This document shows, in pieces, positions 17,705 to 26,258 of a stretch of 50,737 bases of DNA. Positions within the stretch are counted from its first letter, which is position 1; every line of letters begins with the position of its first letter. The stretch is from Candidatus Binatia bacterium (GTDB lineage Bacteria > Desulfobacterota > Binatia > UBA9968). Location of the stretch: assembly GCA_036407055.1 (NCBI GenBank), contig DASWZY010000062.1:1-50737 (forward strand). Direction: 5' to 3'. A program made the position numbers and the translations under genes. Under the pieces are notes generated by a model. That model searched no databases, was not told where the DNA came from, and was given only the letters and a program-made list of their open reading frames with translations.

Positions 17705-19021
17705 CTAGGCCTCCGAGACGCAGCGGAATTTCGCGAACACGTACGGATAATGCGCTTGGTACCAGTTGCGGAAGCTCGGCCGGATGAGGCGCGCGGCCGT
17801 GGCCCACGACGCGCCTTTCAGGACGAAGTGTTTGCCGTCGAAAAAATCCGCCGAGTATTCCGGATAGGTTTTCTGCGGCACGAAACCCGGGAATGGAGCG
17901 AAGGGAGTATCGGTCCACTCCCAGCCGTTGCCGCAAAGCTCGTGAACGCCCCATGCGCTCACGCCGTCGGGATGCGAGCCGACGGGAATGGGCGACCAGT
18001 GCGTGAAATCGAAATTGCCGTGCTGCGGCGCCGGCGCGTCGTTTCCCCACGGGTAACGCGCGACCGAGCCGTCGGCGCGGCAAAACGCCGCGCGATGATA
18101 TTCAGCCTCCGTGAGGAGGCGTTTGCCTTTCCAGCGGGCGTAGGCGCGCGCCTCGGCGAGGCTCGTATAGGCCGGCCACGAGAACACCGCCGGCAGCGGC
18201 AGAATGTCGAACATCGCGCGGTAAAACCACGACCCGCGCTCGGAGAACCAGAAGTTCGGGTGATGCAGATTCTCTCGCGTCTTCCACGCCCAATCGCCCT
18301 CGGTCCAATAACGTCGGTCGCCGTAAGCGCCGCTCGCGACGAATTCGTAATATTGCCCGACCGTTACCGGTAGCGAGTCGATTTTGAATGCCGCCACTTC
18401 CACGGTCGTCGATTTGAATTCGTTGTCCCAGCCGTATGCGAGCTCATCGTCGGACGTGCCGAGCCGCGCCGGCCCTGCGGGAATGACGATTTGCGCGCAG
18501 GCCGGCGGCTCGTGAAAAATATCTTCGGGAAAATCGCGCGGGCGAATCTTCCGGCCGGGCGCGAGCTGGTAGACCATGTAGAGAAGGGTTTCCTGATGCA
18601 TCAGCTCGTGCTCGAGAGCGATATATAAACTCTGCCGCCGCTCTGCGTCGCGCGGTTTTGCGCGGGCGCCGTCGAGCGCCTCCAAAACCGACTCGCGCAC
18701 GCCGTCGCGATACCGGAGCACCGCCTCGAAATCCGGCCAGCGGCCCGGCGCTTCGGGGTGGGCGTGGCACGCGCCGGAATCGATGTCGGGATCGATACCG
18801 CGCGAGAAAATATCGTCGAAGTAGGGATTGGCAGACGGCCGGCCGCGATGGACCTGGTTCCAGGCGAACGCCGGCAGGTGACCGATATAAAAGATAAACG
18901 GATGGCGCCAGACGATCGGACGGAACAGCAGCGCCTCGGGGCGCAGCAGCGCGAAAATGTCGTCGCTACGCCGCCACGCTGCGTCAAGCTCGGCTTCGAT
19001 GCGGTCGAAAGAAACGTCCAT
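17705..19021 (-). CDS. EgtB/OvoA-like sulfoxide synthase (DinB-like iron-binding domain + FGE-sulfatase/SUMF1 domain)
   Basis: Motifs HPFIFYIGHLPAF and ALEHELMHQETLLYM provide the iron-binding His residues. The C-terminal GNGWEWT and RPSFRNW are typical of the FGE/SUMF1 fold. ATG 19021 lies 2 nt after the bcp stop. Confidence 0.75.
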   Translation of the reverse strand: MDVSFDRIEAELDAAWRRSDDIFALLRPEALLFRPIVWRHPFIFYIGHLPAFAWNQVHRGRPSANPYFDDIFSRGIDPDIDSGACHAHPEAPGRWPDFEAVLRYRDGVRESVLEALDGARAKPRDAERRQSLYIALEHELMHQETLLYMVYQLAPGRKIRPRDFPEDIFHEPPACAQIVIPAGPARLGTSDDELAYGWDNEFKSTTVEVAAFKIDSLPVTVGQYYEFVASGAYGDRRYWTEGDWAWKTRENLHHPNFWFSERGSWFYRAMFDILPLPAVFSWPAYTSLAEARAYARWKGKRLLTEAEYHRAAFCRADGSVARYPWGNDAPAPQHGNFDFTHWSPIPVGSHPDGVSAWGVHELCGNGWEWTDTPFAPFPGFVPQKTYPEYSADFFDGKHFVLKGASWATAARLIRPSFRNWYQAHYPYVFAKFRCVSEA

Positions 19022-19023
19022 CG

Positions 19024-19491
19024 TCACGAGCCCGCGCGCAGGAACTCCAGCACCTCTTCGGGATGCGCCTCGGCGTTTTTCACCGTCTGCCAGTGTTTGC
19101 GCACCTTGCCGTCGGGGCCGATGACGACCGTGGAGCGGATCGTCCCCTCGACTTCTTTGCCGTACATCATTTTCTTCCCCCACGCGCCGTAGGCGCGCAT
19201 CGTCTTCGTATCGGGATCCGAGAGCAGCGGGAAATTCAGGCGGTATCCGTCGCGGAATTTCTCGTGCGAGTTGATGCTGTCCTTGCTGACACCCAACACG
19301 ACCGCGCCGGCCTTCTGCGTGTCTTTATTCAGGTCTCTAAAGCCGCAAGCCTCCTTGGTGCAACCCGGCGTGTTGTCCTTCGGATAAAAATACAGGACCA
19401 CGGTCTTGCCCTTGTAGTCTTGCAGCTTGTGGCGATTGCCGTCGCTGCCTTCGAGATCGAAATCCGGGGCCTTCTTCCCTTCCAGGTTCAT
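19024..19491 (-). CDS. bcp: Thioredoxin-dependent thiol peroxidase (peroxiredoxin Q / Bcp)
   Basis: KAPDFDL..GKTVVLYFYPKDNTPGCTKEAC is the canonical Bcp active-site region. Size is 155 aa. Confidence 0.9.
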   Translation of the reverse strand: MNLEGKKAPDFDLEGSDGNRHKLQDYKGKTVVLYFYPKDNTPGCTKEACGFRDLNKDTQKAGAVVLGVSKDSINSHEKFRDGYRLNFPLLSDPDTKTMRAYGAWGKKMMYGKEVEGTIRSTVVIGPDGKVRKHWQTVKNAEAHPEEVLEFLRAGS

Positions 19492-19604
19492 GCATCCACC
19501 TCCTCGTAAGTTTCATATTAGAGATAAAAACTATATGTCAAGTAGGCGGGCTCTATGGCCGGAGAAAATCTATGCGTGCATGAATCGACGGGCCGGGCTT
19601 CGGT

Positions 19605-20522
19605 TTACGAATTCTTTTTCAGGAATTGGAGGAAGGCATGCGCGACCGGAGAGAGCGCGCGCTGGCGATGGACGACCTGATAGAAGTCGCGCTGCAATCG
19701 GCCGAGACCCCGGAGCGGGACCACGGCGAGGACGCGGTCGCGGAGCTCGCGCTCGACGGCGTGCCGCGAGAGAATGGAAAAGCCGCTGCCAGAGAGCAGC
19801 GCTTGTTTGATCGCTTCGGTGCTGCCGAGCTCCATCGCCGCACGGAGCGCGTTATCCGACCCGCGTCCTTTGCGCGCGAGCAGGCGCGTGAACGACCGCA
19901 GCGTGCCCGAGCCGCCTTCCCGAGAGATGAATCCCCTGCCGGCGAGGTCTTTAACGTTGACGGTCTTTCGGCGTGCCCACGGATGCCGCGCGCCGACGAC
20001 GAGCACCATCTCGTCTTTCCAAAGTTTTTGAAACACGAGCCGGCGGTCGCTGCTTTTGAAACCGACGAAGCCGATGTCGACAGCGCCGTCGAGCACTGCC
20101 TGGACGATGCCGGCGGAGTCGCCGATCTTGAGCGCCGGCTTCGCTTCGGGATAACGCGCCGCGAACGCGGCGAGCTTCGGCGGCAGGATATATTCCCCCG
20201 GAATATTGCTGCCGCCCAAAATCAAATCGCCAGCGATCCTGCCCTGAAAGCGGTCCAGCGAAGCGAGGGCTTCCTGCTTGAGTGCGAGCATCTTGCGCGC
20301 CGATTCCAGCAGCATCTCGCCGCACGAAGTCGGCGCCACCTTGCCGCCGAAGCGATTGAAAAGCTTGGCGCCGAGCTGCTCTTCCAGCTCGCGCACGTGC
20401 GCGCTTACCGTCGGCTGGCGCAGCGACAGGCGGCGCGCTGCGGCGGAGAAGCTTTTATACTCCGCCACCCAGTGAAACACCTCCAGCTTGTGGAGGTCGA
20501 TATCCCGCTTCGGGCGCGCCAT
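19605..20522 (-). CDS. LysR-family transcriptional regulator
   Basis: The N-terminal HTH is LEVFHWVAEYKSFSAAARRLSLRQPTVSAHVRELEEQLG, followed by a periplasmic-binding-like effector domain. Start is taken at MARPK; the alternative is 20558. Confidence 0.85.
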   Translation of the reverse strand: MARPKRDIDLHKLEVFHWVAEYKSFSAAARRLSLRQPTVSAHVRELEEQLGAKLFNRFGGKVAPTSCGEMLLESARKMLALKQEALASLDRFQGRIAGDLILGGSNIPGEYILPPKLAAFAARYPEAKPALKIGDSAGIVQAVLDGAVDIGFVGFKSSDRRLVFQKLWKDEMVLVVGARHPWARRKTVNVKDLAGRGFISREGGSGTLRSFTRLLARKGRGSDNALRAAMELGSTEAIKQALLSGSGFSILSRHAVERELRDRVLAVVPLRGLGRLQRDFYQVVHRQRALSPVAHAFLQFLKKNS

Positions 20523-20588
20523 ATGCACATTAAAGGTACCGCGCGGCGTCGTTGTCAACTCCGGCGGCCGCGTTATATATATTTAAGT

Positions 20589-21683
20589 ATGTCCCAGCCT
20601 ACGATCCTCGCCGACAAACACCGCGCAAACGGCGCCGAATTAGTCGACGAGGACGGCTGGCTGCTGCCGAAGCACTTCGGCGATCCGGCCGCGGAATACG
20701 CGGCCGTCCGTTCCGCCGTCGGGCTGATCGACCTCTCGCACTATGCCTTCGTCGAGCTCACCGGGCCTGACCGCGTCTCGTTCCTTCAAGGCATGGTGAG
20801 CAACGACGTCAAGAAGCTCAAAGCCGGCGACGGTGTCTACGCCGCGGTGCTCGACGTCAACGGCAAAGTCCTCGCCGACCTTCGCGTGCTCTGCGCCGAG
20901 GACAGCTTCATCCTTCTCGTCCGTGCGTCGCTAAAGCAACCGGTCATCGATCAGCTCAATCGCTATCTCGTCGCGGACGATGTCACAATCGAGGACGCGG
21001 AAGCGAATTACGGAATCATTTCCATTCAGGGACCGCACGCGCTGCTGCTGCTTGAAGCGGCCGCGCCGCATCAGGACCCGCCGGTGCATATGTTCGAGCA
21101 CGCTGTCATGCGTTTGGACGGCCGCGAGGCGCGCGTCGTGCGCACGACGCATACCGGCGAAGAAGGCTTCGATGTCGTTGCGGCAATCGAGGACACGGTT
21201 CCGATAGCGGAAACGTTGGAGCGCGCCGGCGCCGCTCTCGGCGCCCGCTGGGTCGGCCTCGAGGCTCAGGAAATTCTCCGCGTCGAGGCCGGACTGCCGC
21301 GCTACGGCGTCGACATGACCGAGGAGAATATATTGCTCGAGACCGGCCTCGATCACGCGGTCAGCTTCAGCAAAGGCTGCTACCTCGGGCAGGAGGTGAT
21401 CGAGCGCATCCACTCGCGCGGGCACGTGAACCGCAAGCTCGCCGGCCTGGTGCTCGACGGAGACGAGCCGGCCGCGCGCGGGGACGCGGTGTTTGTGGGC
21501 GATAAAGAAGCCGGCAGGGTCACGAGCTCGGTTTTCTCGCCGAAGGTCAATCATCCGATCGCGCTGGCGTACCTCCATCGCGATTATCTCGAGCCCGCGA
21601 TCGACGTGACGGTCCGCTCGGCGACGAGAGAGATCGCCGGAACCGTCGCCGAGCTGCCGTTCGTTTACGAGACCTCGCCTTGA
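20589..21683 (+). CDS. Folate-binding YgfZ / GcvT-like aminomethyltransferase-family protein
   Basis: The real start is MSQPTILADKH at 20589; the upstream part of the 685-aa ORF is antisense shadow of lysR. EYAAVRSAVGLIDLSH and the C-terminal barrel region are GcvT-family-like. Confidence 0.7.
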   Translation: MSQPTILADKHRANGAELVDEDGWLLPKHFGDPAAEYAAVRSAVGLIDLSHYAFVELTGPDRVSFLQGMVSNDVKKLKAGDGVYAAVLDVNGKVLADLRVLCAEDSFILLVRASLKQPVIDQLNRYLVADDVTIEDAEANYGIISIQGPHALLLLEAAAPHQDPPVHMFEHAVMRLDGREARVVRTTHTGEEGFDVVAAIEDTVPIAETLERAGAALGARWVGLEAQEILRVEAGLPRYGVDMTEENILLETGLDHAVSFSKGCYLGQEVIERIHSRGHVNRKLAGLVLDGDEPAARGDAVFVGDKEAGRVTSSVFSPKVNHPIALAYLHRDYLEPAIDVTVRSATREIAGTVAELPFVYETSP

Positions 21684-21739
21684 AAAAGGCTTCGCTGCTG
21701 AGGTAAAAGTATCGGACTTCGCAACCAAGGGGGATTTGA

Positions 21740-22042
21740 ATGGCATTCGTCAAAGTCTGCAAACAAAGCGATATTCCCGCGGGGACGGGAAAAACCGTCA
21801 GCGTGAACGGCAAGCCGGTCGCGCTGTTCAACGTCGAAGGCACGTTTCACGCGATCGACGATACGTGCATCCATCGCGGCGGGCCGCTCGGCGAGGGCGA
21901 GCTCGACGGCAAAATCGCGATCTGCCCGTGGCACGGTTGGCGCTGGGACGTGACCAACGGCGTGAATCAGCTCAACCCCGCGATCTCGATAAAGACCTAC
22001 GAAGTCAAAGTCGAAGGCGACGACGTGCTCGTCGCCGGGTAA
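21740..22042 (+). CDS. Rieske (2Fe-2S) domain protein (NirD-like small ferredoxin)
   Basis: The Rieske ligand motifs CIHRGGPL and CPWHGWRW are present. Size is 100 aa. Confidence 0.85.
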   Translation: MAFVKVCKQSDIPAGTGKTVSVNGKPVALFNVEGTFHAIDDTCIHRGGPLGEGELDGKIAICPWHGWRWDVTNGVNQLNPAISIKTYEVKVEGDDVLVAG

Positions 22043-22060
22043 AATCTTTTCGGAAAAAAA

Positions 22061-22090
22061 GAGCCTGGATTCCGCGAGGGATCCAGGCTC
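22061..22090. terminator. Rho-independent terminator (strong for the minus-strand gene, possibly bidirectional)
   Basis: GAGCCTGGAT and ATCCAGGCTC form perfect 10-bp arms, extendable to about 13 bp around a GCGA loop. The plus-strand A7 run just upstream provides the U-tract for the minus-strand transcript ending at 22115. Confidence 0.7.
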
Positions 22091-22114
22091 TCGTATTATC
22101 ACCCGCCTTAAGCG

Positions 22115-22582
22115 CTATTTCCGATTGATCTTATCGACCTCCGCGAGCAGTTCTTTGTCGTCCGGAATCCCCTTGTCGTATTCCCTCCGGTACCGGATCA
22201 CGCCCTCTTTGTCGATGATGATGACCGCGCGCTTGGGGTAGCCCTCCGCCCGCAGCACACCGAAAAGGTCGCAGACCGCGCCGTGCGGATAGAAATCCGA
22301 CAGCATCGGAAAGTTGATGCCGCCGATCTTCTCGGCGAACGCTTTATGCGAGAAAACCGAATCGACGCTGATGCTCAGGACCTGAGCGTCTCGCGCCTCG
22401 AACTCCTTGCGGTCGGATTCGAGATTCGCGAGCTCCTGGCTTCAGCCGCCGGTGAAATCGAGCGGGTAGAACGCCAGCAGGACGTTCTTTTTCCCGAGAT
22501 AATCTTTCAAGCCGACTTTCTGCTCCCGCGACACGGGCAGCGAAAAGTCGGGCGCTTTTTGCCCGATATCGAGAGTGGACAT
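22115..22582 (-). CDS. Peroxiredoxin with predicted selenocysteine at the peroxidatic position (FYPLDFTGG-U-SQE), in-frame TGA at 22442-22444
   Basis: MSTLDIGQKAPDFSL...LLAFYPLDFTGG ends at a TGA. The same frame continues without any other stop into ORF 22115..22306, with 45 codons between. The total is 155 codons, a normal Prx size. GGAGG lies 5 nt upstream of ATG 22582. A candidate SECIS hairpin CTCGAAUCC..GGAGUUCGAG lies at 22397-22423, 18 nt after the UGA. Confidence 0.65.
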
Positions 22583-22611
22583 GAGACCTCCGGGTGATCG
22601 TTTGGTATCCT

Positions 22612-23175
22612 CTACCCCATTCCCGCTCTGAGGTAAAGCCGAAGATAATCGCGGAGCGCGTCCCGCGTGCTGTCGAAGCCGAGCTCCGCCCACGGAATAG
22701 CGTCGGGCGCGAAGGCGCGCGCCTCGACCGACTCGTCGCCGGCGGCGAGCGCGCCGCCGATCACTTCCGCGGCATAGACGATGATGACGTTGGGCGAGCC
22801 GGCGTAAGAGTAAACGCCGACGAGCGAGCCGAGCCGCACGTCGAGGCACGACTCTTCTCTGGTCTCGCGCACCGCCGCGTCGGCGACGCTCTCGCCGCGA
22901 TCGACGTAGCCGCCGGGGAAAACCCACTTGCCGAGCGACGGCTCGACGCCGCGCCGCAACAGAACGATGCCGCCGCCGATCGTGAATACCGTGCCCGCGA
23001 CGACTTTCGGATCGAGGTAGAAAATAAACGCGCAGCCGGCGCAGACGAGCCGCTCGGGCTCGCCGTGTTTGACGATGCGGCGCTCCAGCGCGCCGCCGCA
23101 TTTCGGACAAAAGCGATACTCCGGCGCGCCGTGCGCGTGCGCATGGCCGTGATGATGCTCTTTGGCGTGGGCCAT
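22612..23175 (-). CDS. NUDIX hydrolase with N-terminal zinc ribbon and His-rich tail
   Basis: The Nudix box is GGYVDRGESVADAAVRETREESCL. The N-terminus carries CPKCG...CAGC. Confidence 0.85.
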   Translation of the reverse strand: MAHAKEHHHGHAHAHGAPEYRFCPKCGGALERRIVKHGEPERLVCAGCAFIFYLDPKVVAGTVFTIGGGIVLLRRGVEPSLGKWVFPGGYVDRGESVADAAVRETREESCLDVRLGSLVGVYSYAGSPNVIIVYAAEVIGGALAAGDESVEARAFAPDAIPWAELGFDSTRDALRDYLRLYLRAGMG

Positions 23176-23234
23176 TTTTTCTTCCTATCTTAGACTCGGT
23201 TGAAACGAAAGACCCGATTGGATAGCGTGAGCCA

Positions 23235-23909
23235 ATGCTGAAAGCGGTCATCTTCGATTTCAACGGCGTCCTCGTCGACGATGAGCCGATCCACTTCGAG
23301 CTCTTCCGTAAAGTGCTGGCCGAAGAAGGTTTGACTCTGACAAAGGAAATGTATCTCGAGCGGTACATGGGCATGGACGACCGCGGCTGCTTTCGCGCCG
23401 TCTTCGAGGACAACGGCCGCCAATTGAGCGATGCGCAGGTCCCGCATCTCATCCGGCGCAAGGCCGCCTATTATCGAGACACGATCGCCGAGCGCATCGT
23501 CATCTTTCCCGGCGTGAAGCGGCTCGTGCCCGAGCTCGCCGCGCGCTTTCCGCTCGCCGTCGCCTCCGGCGCGCTGCGCGCGGAGATCGAGATGATTCTC
23601 CAGGTCGCCGGCTTGAAGGATTGTTTCCAGGTCATTGCAAGCGCCGAGGATGTTGACCACGGCAAGCCGCATCCGGAGGTTTTCATCAAGGCGCTCCGCG
23701 GCTTGAACGAGAAGCAGCGAGAGCCGATCCGCGCCTCGGAATGTCTCGTGATAGAGGATACGAAGGACGGGCTCGCCGCGGCGCACCGCGCCGGCATCAA
23801 GTGCCTCGCGGTGACGAACTCCTACCCCGCCGCCGAGCTCGAAGCCGAAGCCGTGGTCGACAGCCTCGAAGAAGTAACGATCCCCTCCCTCGAAGCCATA
23901 TTCAAGTAA
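23235..23909 (+). CDS. HAD-superfamily hydrolase, subfamily IA (beta-phosphoglucomutase-like)
   Basis: Motif I is AVIFDFNGVLVDDE. The late motif VIEDTKDGLAAAHRAG is also present. Confidence 0.8.
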   Translation: MLKAVIFDFNGVLVDDEPIHFELFRKVLAEEGLTLTKEMYLERYMGMDDRGCFRAVFEDNGRQLSDAQVPHLIRRKAAYYRDTIAERIVIFPGVKRLVPELAARFPLAVASGALRAEIEMILQVAGLKDCFQVIASAEDVDHGKPHPEVFIKALRGLNEKQREPIRASECLVIEDTKDGLAAAHRAGIKCLAVTNSYPAAELEAEAVVDSLEEVTIPSLEAIFK

Positions 23910-23919
23910 TACTTGAAGT

Positions 23920-24642
23920 TTAGCGGTACGGCGTCTGCTGCGGACGGATCGTCATCTCGACGGGACAGGAATTCACCGGCGTCGAGAGCACGAACAGGAC
24001 CGCCTCCGCGATGTCGCGGGGCTGGATCATCCGGCTGCGGTCGAGGCGCCGGTTCAGCGGTATGAGCGGGGTGTCGACGAAGCCGGGCAGAAGGATCGAG
24101 ACCTTGATGCCGTACTCCCTCACCTCTTCGAAGAGCGACTGCGTGAAGCCGAGAATGCCGAACTTCGATGCCGAATAGGCGGAGGTGTTCGCGGTTCCCG
24201 CCTTGCTGGAGATCGAGCCGATGTTGATGACCGCGCCGGACTTCTTCGCCATCATTCCCGGCAGCACGAGGCGCGTGAGCACCATCGGCGCCCGCAGATT
24301 GATCTGCAGCGTGCGGTCCCAATCCTCGACGCGGCTGTCGGCCACCGTCGCGGTCTTGCCCCAGCCGGCGTTGTTGACGAGAATATCGACGGGACCCCAT
24401 TCCTTCGTCGTTTGCTTGACGAGCCGCTCGATTTCCTCATCGCGCGAGAGGTCCGCCGCGATCGCGAGCGCGTCCCCGTGTTTACCGCGGATCTCGTCCG
24501 CGACGGAGCGGATCTCGCCTTCGCTGCGCGCCGCGAGCCCGACGCGCGCGCCGGATTCAGCGAGCCCGAGCGCGATCGCGCGGCCGATGCCGCGTCCCGC
24601 GCCAGTGACAATCGCGACCTTGCCTTTCAGCTGCACACTCAT
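23920..24642 (-). CDS. SDR-family oxidoreductase
   Basis: The cofactor motif is VTGAGRGIGRAIA. The catalytic motif is YSASKFG. Confidence 0.85.
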   Translation of the reverse strand: MSVQLKGKVAIVTGAGRGIGRAIALGLAESGARVGLAARSEGEIRSVADEIRGKHGDALAIAADLSRDEEIERLVKQTTKEWGPVDILVNNAGWGKTATVADSRVEDWDRTLQINLRAPMVLTRLVLPGMMAKKSGAVINIGSISSKAGTANTSAYSASKFGILGFTQSLFEEVREYGIKVSILLPGFVDTPLIPLNRRLDRSRMIQPRDIAEAVLFVLSTPVNSCPVEMTIRPQQTPYR

Positions 24643-24671
24643 ATCTTTGCCAAGTTATTCGCGAGGAAATA

Positions 24672-24998
24672 TTATCCGTGCGGTTTCGGCGCCATGAGTA
24701 CGAGCAGGACCAATCGCTCGGGCCCCTTGTTCTCGACGCCGTGCTTGAGCCCCGACGGCGCGATCGCGATCTCGCGCGCGCCGAGCTCGCGCTCTTCGTC
24801 GCCGATATGAAACAATCCCTTGCCGTCTACGACATAGTAGATCTTGTCCGATCCCTCGTGCGTGTGCGGCGCCTGGCTCTGCCCGGGCTCGAAACAGTAG
24901 AGATCGCAGAAGAGCCTCGGCGTCTCGAACAAGCCGTTCTTTTTCATCTTCTCGCCGGCGAACGCCAGCGCCTCGGAGATTTTGCGAAAATTCGCCAT
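24672..24998 (-). CDS. Cupin-domain protein
   Basis: The 108-aa product MANFRK... carries PHTHEGSDKIYYVVDG and H-G-V-E-N cupin motifs. GGAGGAG lies upstream of ATG 24998. The remainder of the 340-aa ORF is shadow of thiI. Confidence 0.7.
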   Translation of the reverse strand: MANFRKISEALAFAGEKMKKNGLFETPRLFCDLYCFEPGQSQAPHTHEGSDKIYYVVDGKGLFHIGDEERELGAREIAIAPSGLKHGVENKGPERLVLLVLMAPKPHG

Positions 24999-25076
24999 GG
25001 CTCGCTCCTCCGCTCTCTGAGTTTCATACAGCGACGCCGCCCTGCAAATCAAGGACGAATCTGCTATTTTGACGGC

Positions 25077-26258
25077 GTGGATTCGGTCTTGATCCGCTAT
25101 CACGAGATCGCGCTGAAGAAAGGCAACCGCCCGTACTTCGTCGATCTCTTGAAGCGCAACCTGGTCGCGTCGCTTCGCGGCGTCGAGGTGAAGGAAGCCA
25201 AGACGCTGCAGGCGCGCATCCTGCTGACGCTCGCAGGCGGCGCCGCGCGTGAAGAGATCGCGCGGCGACTGGCAGGCGTCTTCGGCGTCGCGAATTTTTC
25301 CTTCGTCGAGCGCACCGAAGCCGATATCGACGCGCTGCGTGAGCGCATTCTGGGCGGCCTCGACGGCAAACGCTTCGCGTCGTTCCGCATCGACGCGCGC
25401 CGCGCCGACAAGAGCTTCCCGCTGATCTCGCCGGAGATCAACCGCGTCCTCGGCGCTGCGGTGAAGGAGAAGACCGGCGCGCGCGTGGATCTCGAAAACC
25501 CCGAGGTGACGATCGACGTTGAGATCCTGCCGCAATGCGCCTTCTTCGGCTTCGAGAAGATCCCCGGCCCCGGCGGCCTGCCGGTGGGCGGCAGCGGCCG
25601 GGTCGTTTCTCTCATCTCGGGCGGATTCGATTCTCCGGTCGCGGCGTACCGCATGATGCAGCGCGGCTGCCGGCTGATTTTCGTGCACTTTCACAGCGCG
25701 CCGTATCTCGACGGGACTTCACAAGAGAAATGCCGCGAGCTGGTGCAGCTGCTGACGCGGCATCAGTTCAAGTCGCGCTTATACCTCGTACCGTTCGGTG
25801 AGATTCAGCGCGCCATCGTGGCCGGCGTCCTTCGGCCGCTCCGCGTCGTGCTCTACCGCCGGATGATGCTGCGGATCGCCGAGACGATCGCGCGCAAGGA
25901 AAAAGCGCTGGCGCTCGCGACCGGCGAGAGCCTCGCGCAGGTCGCTTCGCAGACACTCGAGAACATGGCGGTCATCGAGCAGGCGGCGGCGCTGCCGATC
26001 CTCCGGCCGCTCGTCGGCATGGACAAGCAGGAGATTATCGACCAGGCGCGCCGCATCGGCACCTTCGAGGTTTCCTCGATGCCGGACCAGGACTGCTGCC
26101 AGCTTTTCGTTCCGAAGCATCCTGCGACCAAATCGCGCCTCGCCGATGTAGAAAAGGCCGAGGAGCGATTGGATATCGCAGCGCTCGTTCACACGGGAGC
26201 GGAGCAGGCGGAAGTCGAGAGCTTCGAATTCCCGGGGCCGTCCCGAGCCGCGTCGTGA
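25077..26258 (+). CDS. thiI: tRNA 4-thiouridine sulfurtransferase ThiI (short form, no rhodanese domain)
   Basis: It begins (GTG 25077) DSVLIRYHEIALKKGNRPYF. The PP-loop motif is SLISGGFDSPVAAY. The product is 393 aa. Confidence 0.8.
   Translation: MDSVLIRYHEIALKKGNRPYFVDLLKRNLVASLRGVEVKEAKTLQARILLTLAGGAAREEIARRLAGVFGVANFSFVERTEADIDALRERILGGLDGKRFASFRIDARRADKSFPLISPEINRVLGAAVKEKTGARVDLENPEVTIDVEILPQCAFFGFEKIPGPGGLPVGGSGRVVSLISGGFDSPVAAYRMMQRGCRLIFVHFHSAPYLDGTSQEKCRELVQLLTRHQFKSRLYLVPFGEIQRAIVAGVLRPLRVVLYRRMMLRIAETIARKEKALALATGESLAQVASQTLENMAVIEQAAALPILRPLVGMDKQEIIDQARRIGTFEVSSMPDQDCCQLFVPKHPATKSRLADVEKAEERLDIAALVHTGAEQAEVESFEFPGPSRAAS

Noticed and set aside
17682-18083. Long N-terminal extensions of minus-strand ORFs (16887..18083, 17705..19183, 24672..25694, 35546..36652, 36103..37143 and 22442..23461)
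   Set aside because: The extensions are Arg-rich and overlap neighbouring real genes. Family-typical N-termini with plausible starts lie internally.
17705-19021. Selenoneine synthase (SenA) assignment for the EgtB-like protein, given the nearby selenoproteins
   Set aside because: No SenB-like glycosyltransferase or SenC/SelD-like gene is adjacent. It is kept only as a remote possibility under the EgtB-like finding.
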